From Promethearchaeota archaeon Loki_b32 (GTDB lineage: Archaea > Asgardarchaeota > Lokiarchaeia > Sigyniarchaeales > SOKP01): a stretch of 64,000 bases of DNA. The notes under the pieces were generated by a model. That model saw only the letters and a program-made list of their open reading frames with translations. It made no database searches and had not been told where the DNA came from. The stretch covers positions 50,220-114,219 of the forward strand of contig NJBH01000010.1 of NCBI GenBank assembly GCA_005223125.1, written 5' to 3'. The position numbers and the translations under genes are program-made. Shown here piece after piece: positions 51,910 to 62,080 of the stretch (positions are counted from its first letter, which is position 1; each line of letters starts with the position of its first letter).

Positions 51910-52398
51910 ATGAGAAATTTAAAATTAAAAGGACTTAAATATAGCAAAGGGAAGTATTACCTATATAATGATCGATTTGTATTTTTTCCTCCTCAAGTTA
52001 TCGATATCTTATCTTCTATTTATGGGGAAGGTGTAAAGTCTTTGTTAGTTTGGCTCGGAAAAAAGGCAGGCTGGACACTGATACAAAATTGGGATGAAAA
52101 TTTAAAACCAAAAACACTAGAAGATTTAATAAATCAAAGTTGTAATGTATTGAATAATCATGGATGGGGGCGATTCGTTCCAAAACAAATTACAGAGGAT
52201 TTAATAATAATTAATCTTTTTCATAACATTTCTTCAGAGTTAGAAAATAAATCTAAATATTTTTGTTATTTTGTAACGGGGTTGTTAACAGGTATTGGAG
52301 AATTTGCAATTTATAGTGTGAATGTTACTGAAACTCAATGCTGTTTAGAAGAATTAAATTTAGATTTTTGCGAATACAAAATAGAACGAATTAAATAA
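51910..52398 (+). CDS. V4R domain protein (Bet3/TRAPP-related fold)
   Basis: GK.AG, GWGRF, C.F..G.L.G, ETQC......FCEY. Confidence 0.85.
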   Translation: MRNLKLKGLKYSKGKYYLYNDRFVFFPPQVIDILSSIYGEGVKSLLVWLGKKAGWTLIQNWDENLKPKTLEDLINQSCNVLNNHGWGRFVPKQITEDLIIINLFHNISSELENKSKYFCYFVTGLLTGIGEFAIYSVNVTETQCCLEELNLDFCEYKIERIK

Positions 52399-52408
52399 AC
52401 AAAAGTAT

Positions 52409-52804
52409 TCACCAAGGATCCCATTCTTCGGGATTTAATTCCTCATTATCACTATTATCAAGATTTTTTTCAGTAGAATCAGGGGGTATTTGAAATAAAT
52501 TTTCCTTTAAACTTGGAATTTCTTCTTCGACCTCTTCTTGTTTATTTTCAATTAAATTTAAGTCTTCCTCTAAAGTAAGTGTTTCTTCTCCAATAACAAC
52601 ATCCTTAAAAGCTAAAATTAGAGAAAGAAAATTAAAAAATTCATCTCTATTCATTTTAACTTTTACTGAATTATCACTATTTAAAAGGGCTAATTTAATT
52701 ATCCGGACTTCACCACTAATCTCAACAGAAGTTATTTCGATATTTTCCTTTTGGTTTTTTAGTTGAATTTTCCACGAAGTTTCTCTTGTTTTTTCAATCT
52801 CCAT
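52409..52804 (-). CDS. Hypothetical protein with acidic tail ending EEWDPW
   Basis: ORF composition. Confidence 0.65.
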   Translation of the reverse strand: MEIEKTRETSWKIQLKNQKENIEITSVEISGEVRIIKLALLNSDNSVKVKMNRDEFFNFLSLILAFKDVVIGEETLTLEEDLNLIENKQEEVEEEIPSLKENLFQIPPDSTEKNLDNSDNEELNPEEWDPW

Positions 52805-52890
52805 CTTTTACTTTTCACATTAAAAATTATTTAAATCTCATTAATTTAATAAAAATTCTTTAATTTAAAATTAATTCCAAATTTATTTAA

Positions 52891-53558
52891 TTATATTATA
52901 AGTTTTATTGAATATACCAATAAGTATGTAAGGATAATTAATATAATGAGGGGAGGACGAAATTGAACTAGTACCTGGATTTTTTTTTTTTTAATGTTAT
53001 ATACTAAAAATACAGACTTACATAGAAATTTTTCCTCCTTGCAATCACCTAATTTTGAATAATCTAAGAATTTATAGAAAAATTTAATGTATAATTTCTC
53101 AGAGCCCGAGTATCTTAAATTTGAGCTAAAGAAAATGATGAACGAATTAGGATCTTTTAAAATTTTATTCAAAATAAAATTTAATATATATAATAAGATA
53201 AAAAAAAATGAAAAGAGCAAAAAGAAAGAAGTTACAAGATTAATGTTTAAAAATTTTACAGGGTGAGTAATAAATATCAAAATAATAAGTTTACCATCAC
53301 TGCCACCTATTATTTTTAAACTAAATAATAATAGTGAAGGAAAGAATGTAATTAAAAAAAAAAAACCTTCCCAAATATAACAGTCATAAAATTATTCGAA
53401 AAAAACAAGAGCTCAAATATATTTAGAACAATACTGAAACCAAAAACCAATTTAAAAAAGCTATTTGGAATTTTACGATATCTTATATCAAGATAAGACC
53501 CAAATAAAAATAAACTTCCGAAATAAAAAACAGTTAATAAAACTATCAATAATACCAT
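52891..53558 (-). pseudogene. Prepilin peptidase (A24 family) frameshifted at a T12 tract
   Basis: SYLDIRYRKIPN (first Asp) in 5' ORF; IIGGSDGK (GxGD-type second Asp) in another frame; +1 T at 53354-53365 joins them. Confidence 0.8.
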
Positions 53559-53562
53559 ATTA

Positions 53563-53856
53563 TTAAAAATCTCCTTCCCAAATGTCTATCAATTTCTTAA
53601 GACTTCGTGCTTTCATATTTTCCATTTTATATCTAAAGATTTTAATTCTTCCAAACTTCTTTTCTTGGATTAAATCCATCATCTTAAGGTAGTTTAAATG
53701 CTTCAAGACACAAGTATGATTTAATCTTGTTTTCCTAATAATCTGTGAGATAGCTAATTCTCCATTTAACGCTAAAGTCTTTAAAACTTTCACTCTGGCC
53801 CTCGATCCCATAAGATCTTCAATCAAATTTTTGTGTCCTAATTTATTAACAATCAT
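53563..53856 (-). CDS. ArsR-like winged-HTH protein
   Basis: GSRARVKVLK.L...GEL.IS.I...T.LNH....KHL..L; EKKFGRI. Confidence 0.85.
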   Translation of the reverse strand: MIVNKLGHKNLIEDLMGSRARVKVLKTLALNGELAISQIIRKTRLNHTCVLKHLNYLKMMDLIQEKKFGRIKIFRYKMENMKARSLKKLIDIWEGDF

Positions 53857-55058
53857 ATCTCAATACCTTTTGAGTTTAATATCTCTATTGCGTTTTTTTC
53901 TAAATTACGTAGACTTAAATCAGGGATTTTTATTATAGCACGTCTACCTTTTATCTTTTCACTAACAATTTTGGTAACTATTATATTCTCTCTTTTAAAC
54001 TCTTGGAGATAATGCCATAATTGAGAATCAGATCTCGGATTTAATCCGACATTTTCACATAAGATATAATACCTTTTTAGGGTTTCTATAAATGAAATTT
54101 CAATCTTATCACTATTATCTAAAGCTTTTATTATGGCAAGTAAAAAAGTCAATTTTTGTGAATTCATCTCTTCTAAAATATCCAGTGTTGAAAATGGAAG
54201 TAAATCCTGATTTCCAAGTCTGATACATTCTGCTGTTATATACTTTAGATTTTTACTCTCAGCGATTTTGCATGATCTCCACAAGAGATTTAATCCACCT
54301 CTAATATCACCAGAATTATATGTAATTTCAGATACCATTCTAATAAGTTTGTCAGAAATTATATTTATTTTAAGACTGTTATCCGTTCTATACTTTAAAA
54401 TGTCAAAAATTTGATTATTTGAATATTTCTTAAATTTTAATATATTTCTTTGTAGAGTGCTAACTGTACTGTTATCTAAATTGTTTAAACATGAAATATC
54501 TCTTACAATTCCTATAATTGATAGTCTCTGATCACCTTTCACGGTGTCATCGTTAATCCGGGTTAATGAATAAATTAAATCTTCATGTTTATTTATTATA
54601 TAACTCAATTCATCTAAAACAACTAATATATGTAAATTATATCGTTGAAGAAATTCAATTAAAATATCTAATAAATCTTGTGAAGAATAACCTCTTTTTG
54701 GAAATTTATTATTCATTAATTGAACTAATCTAATTAATACGTTATAGCTAGTTCTCTCTTTTCTACAATTAACATGAACATATTTTATATTTATATTTCG
54801 TTTCTTTGAAGCCCTTTCTAATAATTCTCCAAATAATTTTACGGTAACAGTTTTTCCTATTCCCGTTTTTCCGGTTATAAGAATCTTCCTTGATATTGAA
54901 TTTGGATTAGTAATTAATCCTAGAAAAAGTTGAGATAATAATGAAAGTTCTTTGTCTCGGTGTGGTAATTTTTCCGGAATATAATTTATATCAAGCTTAC
55001 TCTCATCTTTGAATAACGATGGTCTTTTTAATAACTCTTCAAAATACTCCATTGTCAT
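53853..55058 (-). CDS. cdc6: Cdc6/Orc1 replication initiator
   Basis: YIPEKLPHR..E, GKTGIGKT, VHVNC, VVLDE, ILKYR, GDIR, C-terminal wHTH. Confidence 0.93.
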   Translation of the reverse strand: MTMEYFEELLKRPSLFKDESKLDINYIPEKLPHRDKELSLLSQLFLGLITNPNSISRKILITGKTGIGKTVTVKLFGELLERASKKRNINIKYVHVNCRKERTSYNVLIRLVQLMNNKFPKRGYSSQDLLDILIEFLQRYNLHILVVLDELSYIINKHEDLIYSLTRINDDTVKGDQRLSIIGIVRDISCLNNLDNSTVSTLQRNILKFKKYSNNQIFDILKYRTDNSLKINIISDKLIRMVSEITYNSGDIRGGLNLLWRSCKIAESKNLKYITAECIRLGNQDLLPFSTLDILEEMNSQKLTFLLAIIKALDNSDKIEISFIETLKRYYILCENVGLNPRSDSQLWHYLQEFKRENIIVTKIVSEKIKGRRAIIKIPDLSLRNLEKNAIEILNSKGIEI

Positions 55059-55325
55059 ATAATTTATTCAAAGGGATTTTATTGTGATTTAAGATAACAA
55101 TCGTTTATAATAAAGTACAGAGTGTTAATTTTTTAACAAAAAATATTAAATATTATTCTATAAATAATATTCAAATCCTCCCAAAAATCTAATAATATTT
55201 TTCGAAATCAGTCCTGATTGTTACTCAATAATAGAAGTTTTTCAGAATTTTGTCGGTTTTTCAGAATTTATATATTCACTTTATCAGGACTCTACTAATA
55301 TAAATTTAGAAATTTACCTTAAGTT

Positions 55326-56594
55326 TTAATATCTAATTATCAGGTCAGTTAACAATTTTTTACTCTTATTTTTTTTATTAGAGATTATAAATGACAAAAC
55401 TATTAATATAATAATTAAAATAGACATAAAAGATAAGATACTCATTTGTAAGGAATTCTTTTTATCAGAATATGTCTCTCGATTAATTTTAAGACTTAAG
55501 GATAATGTTTTATTGTTTAAAAAATTAGTTCCATTAAAAATGATATTGATATTAAATTCTTGACCCTTTAAATTAAAATTAAAGGATCCTTGAGGAATTT
55601 TAATTGTCAGAACTCCAAATTTATCAGTTTTATATTCGTTGATATAAATTAATGTTTTGTAATCATAGATTTTCAATACTATGTTATAAATAGCAAGTGG
55701 TTTTAAAGATTGGTTAAAGTAATAATAACAAAACAATCTAATTTCCAAATCTTCACTCTCTATTAAAGATTCATTAAAGCTTATAATATCAATAATTAGT
55801 TGATTTTTCTCTAGGCATAATTCATAAATAAATTTAGTGTCGTTATATATCCTACTATCTATTATCGAAAATACTAAGAAATTCTGCCCTAGATTTAGAT
55901 ATGTAAGTGAATTTAAACATAGATCAACCATACCTGATAAATTCGTTGTGTAAGTACTTTGATAGCTAATAAAATTATTGGAATATATCTTAAATTGTAT
56001 AGAATAATTAATTAAAAACAGATTACTTTCAGAGGAGTCATCATAAAATTTTGCCGTAAGATATAAACAATCACCATATTTTATACGATCCCTATATCCT
56101 GTTAATTCACATAAAGGTTTTCTTTTAATTACTTTGATTTTAATAGCATCTAGAAAAGTGCAATCCGCATATGAAGTAAAAAAATCCTTATAATAGCTAA
56201 AGAATTTTATATAGAGGATATTGGAATAATTTGTAAAATCAATATTCAACTGTTGAAGGTTTACAGTCCAATTTTTTTCAAAAAAGCCAATTTCGTCGTA
56301 TTCAGGAGAATTCCAAATTTTTATGTCAGAACCATTAAATATTTGAACTTGGACATAAGAATTTTCATTATTAATATCATAACTTAATTCCCAAGATGCA
56401 TTTATTTTGATGTCTTCATCAATGAAATATATCGTTTTGTCAGTTTTTAAGAAATTGAAATTAACGTAAAAAGCATTAACGAAACTAATAATGCTCAAAA
56501 AATCTATTAAAATCACTAATAGAAATATAAATTGGTTTTTTTTTTTCACACTCAGTTTTTCTAGTTTAATGTATAAAAACCTAAATAATTCCAA
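55326..56594 (-). CDS. Secreted beta-rich surface protein with C-terminal TM anchor
   Basis: Signal peptide, repeated T(N/D)..G Ig-like motifs, N-glycosylation sequons, C-terminal TM. Confidence 0.7.
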   Translation of the reverse strand: MELFRFLYIKLEKLSVKKKNQFIFLLVILIDFLSIISFVNAFYVNFNFLKTDKTIYFIDEDIKINASWELSYDINNENSYVQVQIFNGSDIKIWNSPEYDEIGFFEKNWTVNLQQLNIDFTNYSNILYIKFFSYYKDFFTSYADCTFLDAIKIKVIKRKPLCELTGYRDRIKYGDCLYLTAKFYDDSSESNLFLINYSIQFKIYSNNFISYQSTYTTNLSGMVDLCLNSLTYLNLGQNFLVFSIIDSRIYNDTKFIYELCLEKNQLIIDIISFNESLIESEDLEIRLFCYYYFNQSLKPLAIYNIVLKIYDYKTLIYINEYKTDKFGVLTIKIPQGSFNFNLKGQEFNINIIFNGTNFLNNKTLSLSLKINRETYSDKKNSLQMSILSFMSILIIILIVLSFIISNKKNKSKKLLTDLIIRY

Positions 56595-56656
56595 AAAAAT
56601 TTATGTTATCAAATATTTAAATTTAAAATAATAAATGAATAAAATCTGTAATAGAA

Positions 56657-56851
56657 ATGGGAAAAGTACGAACTGTTTTAATTAAAAGTGTGTCAAAAGA
56701 ATTAATAAATAAATACCCTAATGTATTCACTACTGATTTTGAAAAAAATAAAAAATTATTGGATAAATATCTTGAAATAGATTCAAAACATTTAAGAAAT
56801 AGAATCTCAGGATATATTGTGAACTTATTAAAAATTAGGGAAAAAGAATAA
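56657..56851 (+). CDS. rps17e: 30S ribosomal protein S17e
   Basis: MGKVR, FT.DFE.NK, SK.LRNRI.GY. Confidence 0.96.
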   Translation: MGKVRTVLIKSVSKELINKYPNVFTTDFEKNKKLLDKYLEIDSKHLRNRISGYIVNLLKIREKE

Positions 56852-56940
56852 ATTCTACAAAATAAATATCTTTGATCTTTTGAATAATTTAAATAAATTT
56901 TGAGAAAAAAGGGATAATCATTAATGACAATATAAAAAAA

Positions 56941-57315
56941 ATGGCAGATCTTCTTAGATCTGGAAATACAATGCTAAATATGGCTTGTCCTGTTTGTAAT
57001 AATCCATTATTTCGAAATAACGAAGGAGTTACTTTTTGTCCAACTTGTAATAGAGAAGTTTTAGTCATCAATAATAAAACTAATCAAGAAATTAGTACAA
57101 TGAAAAACAAGATACAAAATAATAAGCAACAAAAAGAATTTCACCAAGACAGGCAAAATGAGTTAGTTAATCTATTAGAAGATGTACTATTTGAAAAAAT
57201 AGAAATGATTACTCATAAACTAAGAAATGAGAGTCATTTACAGTTAATAGAAAATTATACGAAAATTTTAATAAATTGTCTAGATCTTCTAAATAAAATC
57301 CCAGAGCGGAAATAA
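56941..57315 (+). CDS. UPF0148 / Auto_anti-p27 zinc-ribbon protein
   Basis: MADLLRSG.TML..ACPVC..PLF, FCPTC. Confidence 0.88.
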   Translation: MADLLRSGNTMLNMACPVCNNPLFRNNEGVTFCPTCNREVLVINNKTNQEISTMKNKIQNNKQQKEFHQDRQNELVNLLEDVLFEKIEMITHKLRNESHLQLIENYTKILINCLDLLNKIPERK

Positions 57316-57404
57316 AAACAATAAACAGCTTCACTTGATATTAAATATTAAGTTTTGACTTATTTCCAATTTATTTAAAAATATAGAAAATAAAAAAGAA
57401 CAAA

Positions 57405-57516
57405 TGCTTCTGCCGGGATTCGAACCCGGGTCCCGAGGGTGAGAGCCTCGTATGCTTGATCCTAATCATAGTTTAATGAAAGCTACGTTAGATTGACCGA
57501 ACTACACTACAGAAGC
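57405..57516 (-). tRNA. tRNA-Glu(CTC) with 37-nt D-loop intron at 21/22 (57456-57492)
   Basis: GCTTCTG/CAGAAGC acceptor; CGAGG-CTCTCAC-CCTCG; helix GGTC/GATC with AA|N bulges and CTAA/TTAG stem. Confidence 0.9.
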
Positions 57517-57669
57517 AGAAAATATGTATTTGATCAGTATTCTAAAACGCTAATAATAATAAATTTATATGATTTAAAAAATTTAATATGGTCTAAATCC
57601 AATTTCGCAAAATTTAACAAAATATTAAATTAAAATAAATTAAATTCTCTCAGTTTTTCACAATTATTA

Positions 57670-58692
57670 TCAGTTAATAAAAATTGGCTTTAACAAATTT
57701 ACATAATGATCTCTTATAGAATATTCTGCAATACTAGTAGCTTCTGATATGATTTTCTGTGTTAAAATTGGTTTTTGATCATAATCTTTTGCTATTAATT
57801 TATCTGCGAGGTATATAATTGCTCCTGTCAAAATAAAGGGATTTCTACCACCTCTTTGCCATAAAGGTAATGCTTCTAATATTTCACGACATTTCATAAT
57901 TAATTTATTTTGAAACTCATGTTCTGACCATAATACTCCTTTTTTCACTATCCGTTCTTTTAAAAATTTATGTTTTATAACTTCATCTACTAATCTAATG
58001 AGATAATCTTCGCTTCGATGAGGGAGTGAATCATTATTTAAATAATGTTTATATCTTATTCCATCTCTTAAAATTAATCTAGGATTTACACGGTGTCCAA
58101 AATTTTGAAATGCATTTGAAATTTCGTTAATAGTTATTGGAGCATTGTGGTTTTCTTTCCTCGAAGCAAAGAAAATACAAAATGCGATTAGCGAAATGTT
58201 ATTAATTACCTTTTCTTCACTTTTAACTATTTTTTTATAGTAATAAGCCACATTATTTCTAATATTTTTATTAAGGTTGAGATATAATGAAATCTTGTTT
58301 AAAATGTTAAAGATTCTATATTCTGTTTCATGATTTTTAATTCGCAAAAATTGGGCATAATTCTTTTTTAATCTTCTAAATAATTTTTGCTCACTTGGAG
58401 GTAGAAGTTTTCCGCTTTTATCTTTCAAATATTTAGATTTTTCATAATCAATAAATGAACCTAAGCCTCCTATGAAATCTGTTCGCTCTCCTAAGGCTAC
58501 ATACTGTTTACTCAGACTATTTTTGTTTTTTAAATCATGAAATATAAATGAGGATTCTCTATAGAGATTGTTAATTACTAATCCACATTCTTTACAAATC
58601 TTTTCAAAGCTATTAAGGATAGTTTTTCCTCCACATTCTGGACACTTTCCAGTATCTTCCCTATTAGTTTCAATTTGACTAATTTTTAACAC
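57670..58692 (-). CDS. Divergent TFB paralog
   Basis: CPECG/CKECG ribbon, two cyclin folds, GRNP.....A.IY, TQ..I......EY.IR. Confidence 0.85.
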   Translation of the reverse strand: MLKISQIETNREDTGKCPECGGKTILNSFEKICKECGLVINNLYRESSFIFHDLKNKNSLSKQYVALGERTDFIGGLGSFIDYEKSKYLKDKSGKLLPPSEQKLFRRLKKNYAQFLRIKNHETEYRIFNILNKISLYLNLNKNIRNNVAYYYKKIVKSEEKVINNISLIAFCIFFASRKENHNAPITINEISNAFQNFGHRVNPRLILRDGIRYKHYLNNDSLPHRSEDYLIRLVDEVIKHKFLKERIVKKGVLWSEHEFQNKLIMKCREILEALPLWQRGGRNPFILTGAIIYLADKLIAKDYDQKPILTQKIISEATSIAEYSIRDHYVNLLKPIFIN

Positions 58693-58928
58693 ACTTATAT
58701 ATAGAATTTAAGTTTAAGATTTCAGGCTTAAATTATTTTAATTTCGTAGAACAGTATTATCGTTTAATAAAATGGTTTTTCTATGAAATGGAATAACGTT
58801 CTATTGGGAAAGAGAGAGATAATTAAAAGTAAAAAAGTAGGAATTTATAACATTCAATTTAGATGTAATTTAAACTGTATGTGAATATAAAATTTCACAA
58901 ATTTGTTAAATTCAGGATTTAGATAGAA

Positions 58929-59168
58929 ATGAGTCAAACTCCTAATAATATAGAAAAAATTAAAAATATTTCAAGTCAGAATTGTAAAGCATTGGAAAAC
59001 ATAATTAAAAAGCTAAAACCCATCATAGGAGGGAAAAGAGAAATTATGTATTCCGATATAATAAATTTAATTATTCGAGAAGGATTTATTGAGGAAGAGT
59101 ATAAACAATTAATAATATGGTGTAATTATAAAATTAGACTAGGAAAAACTTTTGTAGAATTCGAATGA
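58929..59168 (+). CDS. Hypothetical protein
   Basis: 79-aa ORF. Confidence 0.55.
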   Translation: MSQTPNNIEKIKNISSQNCKALENIIKKLKPIIGGKREIMYSDIINLIIREGFIEEEYKQLIIWCNYKIRLGKTFVEFE

Positions 59169-59384
59169 AACCTAACATGTTTCAATAGAGTTGAGCTTTA
59201 ACTTTAAATATATTGTCTAATCAAAAAATTCTAATATCACAAAGGAAATATAAATACTAAATTATAATAATACGTATTAATATATTAAAATAAAAATTAA
59301 TAGAATATTTCATTAATAACAAGTTCTTTTTGAAATAAATTCAAAGGAGCGATTTTTTTTACTTTAAAATTAAATAATTAAGGT

Positions 59385-60080
59385 ATGATTTCAATGGTGC
59401 GATTCACAGCAGATCATAAAGTATATATTAAACTATTATATTGGGGGATGGCAGGATCTGGAAAAACAACAACTGTAGATACATTATATAGATATACTAA
59501 AGAAGTTGAAAAAGATATTGAACCTACGGGGAATTTAACAAAAATCTCAATGGCTAGTGGATCAACATTATATTTTGATAGGGGTATTTTTCAATCAACA
59601 AAACAAAAGAGTCGGGGAAAGGTTTTTTATCATGTATATACTGTTGCTGGTCAGAGAAGGTTTTCACCTTTAAGAAAAAAAATATTTAAAGGAACAGACG
59701 GAGTTATCTTTACCGTTGATTCACAAACTCACTTTTTTGAAGATAATATAGAATCATTAAAAGAATTAAAAAATGTTACCCGAGGTAAATTAATTAATGA
59801 AATTCCTCTCATTATAATGCTTAATAAACAAGATCTTAAAGAAGTCATCGGTGAAGAAGATTTTAAACAGGTATTAAAAGATGAAAAACTATGGTATGAG
59901 CCTGGTCATAAATTTTATATTTGGAATCCTATAATTTATAAAACCTGTGCTTTATATGAACAAAGACAAAATGTTTACAGAAGTTTTTCAGAATGTGCTA
60001 GAAGAACAGGGTTATATCAGATCTACGGAGACGGAGAGGCTCCAATTGGAGATAATTTTAAAGAATTTCGTGCTTTGTAG
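59385..60080 (+). CDS. MglA/Arf-like small GTPase
   Basis: KLLYWGMAGSGKTT, TLYFD, YTVAGQ, NKQD, CA. Confidence 0.9.
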   Translation: MISMVRFTADHKVYIKLLYWGMAGSGKTTTVDTLYRYTKEVEKDIEPTGNLTKISMASGSTLYFDRGIFQSTKQKSRGKVFYHVYTVAGQRRFSPLRKKIFKGTDGVIFTVDSQTHFFEDNIESLKELKNVTRGKLINEIPLIIMLNKQDLKEVIGEEDFKQVLKDEKLWYEPGHKFYIWNPIIYKTCALYEQRQNVYRSFSECARRTGLYQIYGDGEAPIGDNFKEFRAL

Positions 60081-60369
60081 ATTTTTTTAATTTCTGTTGA
60101 TTAGATACCTCAAAATTTTTCCTTTTTTTCAATTAATTATTAAAATATGCAGTATGATCTAGAAGATTATAAGGAGTAAATAGAGGTTGTAAATATTCGA
60201 TGAAAAAAACTAGACAAGGATGATCTACAATTAGTAGGAATGATAATTTATAGTTACTTTGAGGATTATAAAAACCTAAACTCCAATTAATAAATTTTCT
60301 GTTATTTAAAAAAAGTATAAAAAGTTTTCTTCATTTTTATGAGTAAATTTAAAAAATTGATGTGAATAA

Positions 60370-60573
60370 AAAACGGGTTTATATAATAATATAAAAGATA
60401 ATTTACCAAAACAGTTTTCAATTTTTCAACTAATGAGCGTTTTAGGAATTGATGCAATAGAAGTACGTAAAGTAAGAAATTTATTGAAGCAATTTTATTT
60501 ACAAGGTTACATAAAAAGATTATCTAAAAATATGTATCAGAAGCTTGATAAAGAGAGCAACAATAACAATTAA
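60370..60573 (+). other. Unannotated small winged-helix reading frame; 5' end uncertain (frameshift, ACG start or pseudogene)
   Basis: LYNNIKDNLPKQFSIFQLMSVLGIDAIEVRKVRNLLKQFYLQGYIKRLSKNMYQK. Confidence 0.5.
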
Positions 60574-61163
60574 TTAATAATACTTAGATTAACCTTTAGT
60601 TGCGGAAAGATAAATTTAATTAATTCACTAAAAGAATCTAACACACCTTCTCCCCTAATTGCTACAGTTTTTTTAAAGGATATATGTCTAAACTTATTAT
60701 AATCAATATTTGCTAAAAATCCCTCTTGTGTTAGATCTTGAATTGTGAACAAATCACATTTGTTCAATGAAATTATAATAGGAATATTATAAAATTCAGA
60801 TCCAAATAATGTTTTTAACTCATTCCAAGATCTCAAATTATGTTCTAAAAATTCGATTTGAGAATCAACTACAAAGATTAACCCATCAACACCATTTAAA
60901 GTTGCAGGGCGAGTACTTGCATAGAAATCTTGGCCTGTTGCAGAATAAATTAAAAATTTTAAACCCCATTCCGCTCCTTTAAAATTTAATACACCGAAAT
61001 CAAAAAATAAAGTACGTCCTACTGAATTATCAATTGATTTGACGGAATCCTCTTTATTAAAATAAGAAAATAGAGATTTTATGGATGTAGTTTTCCCTGA
61101 CATAGCAGGCCCATAATATACGAGTTTAACTTGTAAAGTTTTATTTTTATAATCAAATATCAT
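60570..61163 (-). CDS. MglA-like small GTPase
   Basis: KLVYYGPAMSGKTTS, RTLFFD, SATGQ, NKCD, TVA..GEGV. Confidence 0.9.
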   Translation of the reverse strand: MIFDYKNKTLQVKLVYYGPAMSGKTTSIKSLFSYFNKEDSVKSIDNSVGRTLFFDFGVLNFKGAEWGLKFLIYSATGQDFYASTRPATLNGVDGLIFVVDSQIEFLEHNLRSWNELKTLFGSEFYNIPIIISLNKCDLFTIQDLTQEGFLANIDYNKFRHISFKKTVAIRGEGVLDSFSELIKFIFPQLKVNLSIIN

Positions 61164-61171
61164 ATTATTAT

Positions 61172-62068
61172 CTAACCCCAAAGTGAGACTATTTTGTCAC
61201 CAATAAACGCTTTTTTACCATCCTCAATTAAAAATGAATAATGTTCACCCCATTCTTTCTTAATAAATGAAATTATTCTTTCAATTGGCGCTTCTTCATA
61301 ATCTATTGTTTCAAAGAGAGTTTTACTACCTATTCGCGTTTGAATACCAATATTATTCAACAAATTCAATCTAGAGAGAATAAAAAAAGCACGTTTTGAA
61401 CCTGAATAAAAATTTTGAATTTCCCTTTTGAAAATATTCTTTTTTAACTCATTTTTTTCCTCTTCAAAGTCAAGTAGTGTTTTTAATAAATCTTTATCGA
61501 GTTGATTTGTTGTTATTTTGTCTGATAACACTCTCTTCATTTTAGCTATGGATTTTTCAGTATCCTGAGATATCTTTTTGAAAATATTTTGTTCAAGCGT
61601 TAAATCTATTAATTTTAAGTTAATTCCTTCAACCTCTATGGAAATTGTATTAGATGAAATTGTGATAAATAACAAATCCTTTACTTTAGTTCTAATTTGA
61701 TCTTTAATATTAACTAATTCCTCTTTTTTTTTAGGAATTGTCAATCCAATAAGCCATGAATTAAGATCTTCAAATTGACTTAAAGCTTTAAGAGAAACAT
61801 TGCAAGGACATCTAATATGAGCACGTTGACAATTATAATCGATATTTTCATTTGATATGAGAGTTTCATAATCAATTGTTGATATAAAATCAGTATAAAA
61901 AACATAATCTTTTCGAAAGTGAACAAGTTCGGAAAGTTCAATCAAAAAATTATCAATTTTATCCGAATCTTCCCCTAAAACTACCACAGGAATCCTATCT
62001 AATAGGCAATATAAAATTAAAGAATTATAATTCCTTTTTAACTTATCTAAAAATTCAAAAAAATTCAT
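61172..62068 (-). CDS. Hypothetical protein, possible cDENN/folliculin-like domain
   Basis: ILYCLL.RIPVVV.G........L..L..L and WLIG pattern. Confidence 0.45.
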   Translation of the reverse strand: MNFFEFLDKLKRNYNSLILYCLLDRIPVVVLGEDSDKIDNFLIELSELVHFRKDYVFYTDFISTIDYETLISNENIDYNCQRAHIRCPCNVSLKALSQFEDLNSWLIGLTIPKKKEELVNIKDQIRTKVKDLLFITISSNTISIEVEGINLKLIDLTLEQNIFKKISQDTEKSIAKMKRVLSDKITTNQLDKDLLKTLLDFEEEKNELKKNIFKREIQNFYSGSKRAFFILSRLNLLNNIGIQTRIGSKTLFETIDYEEAPIERIISFIKKEWGEHYSFLIEDGKKAFIGDKIVSLWG

Positions 62069-62080
62069 TAACTCACCTCA

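Noticed and set aside
60146-60290. Stop-interrupted frame MQYDLEDYKE*IEVVNIR*KKLDKDD...
   Set aside because: Possible gene remnant but no recognisable family
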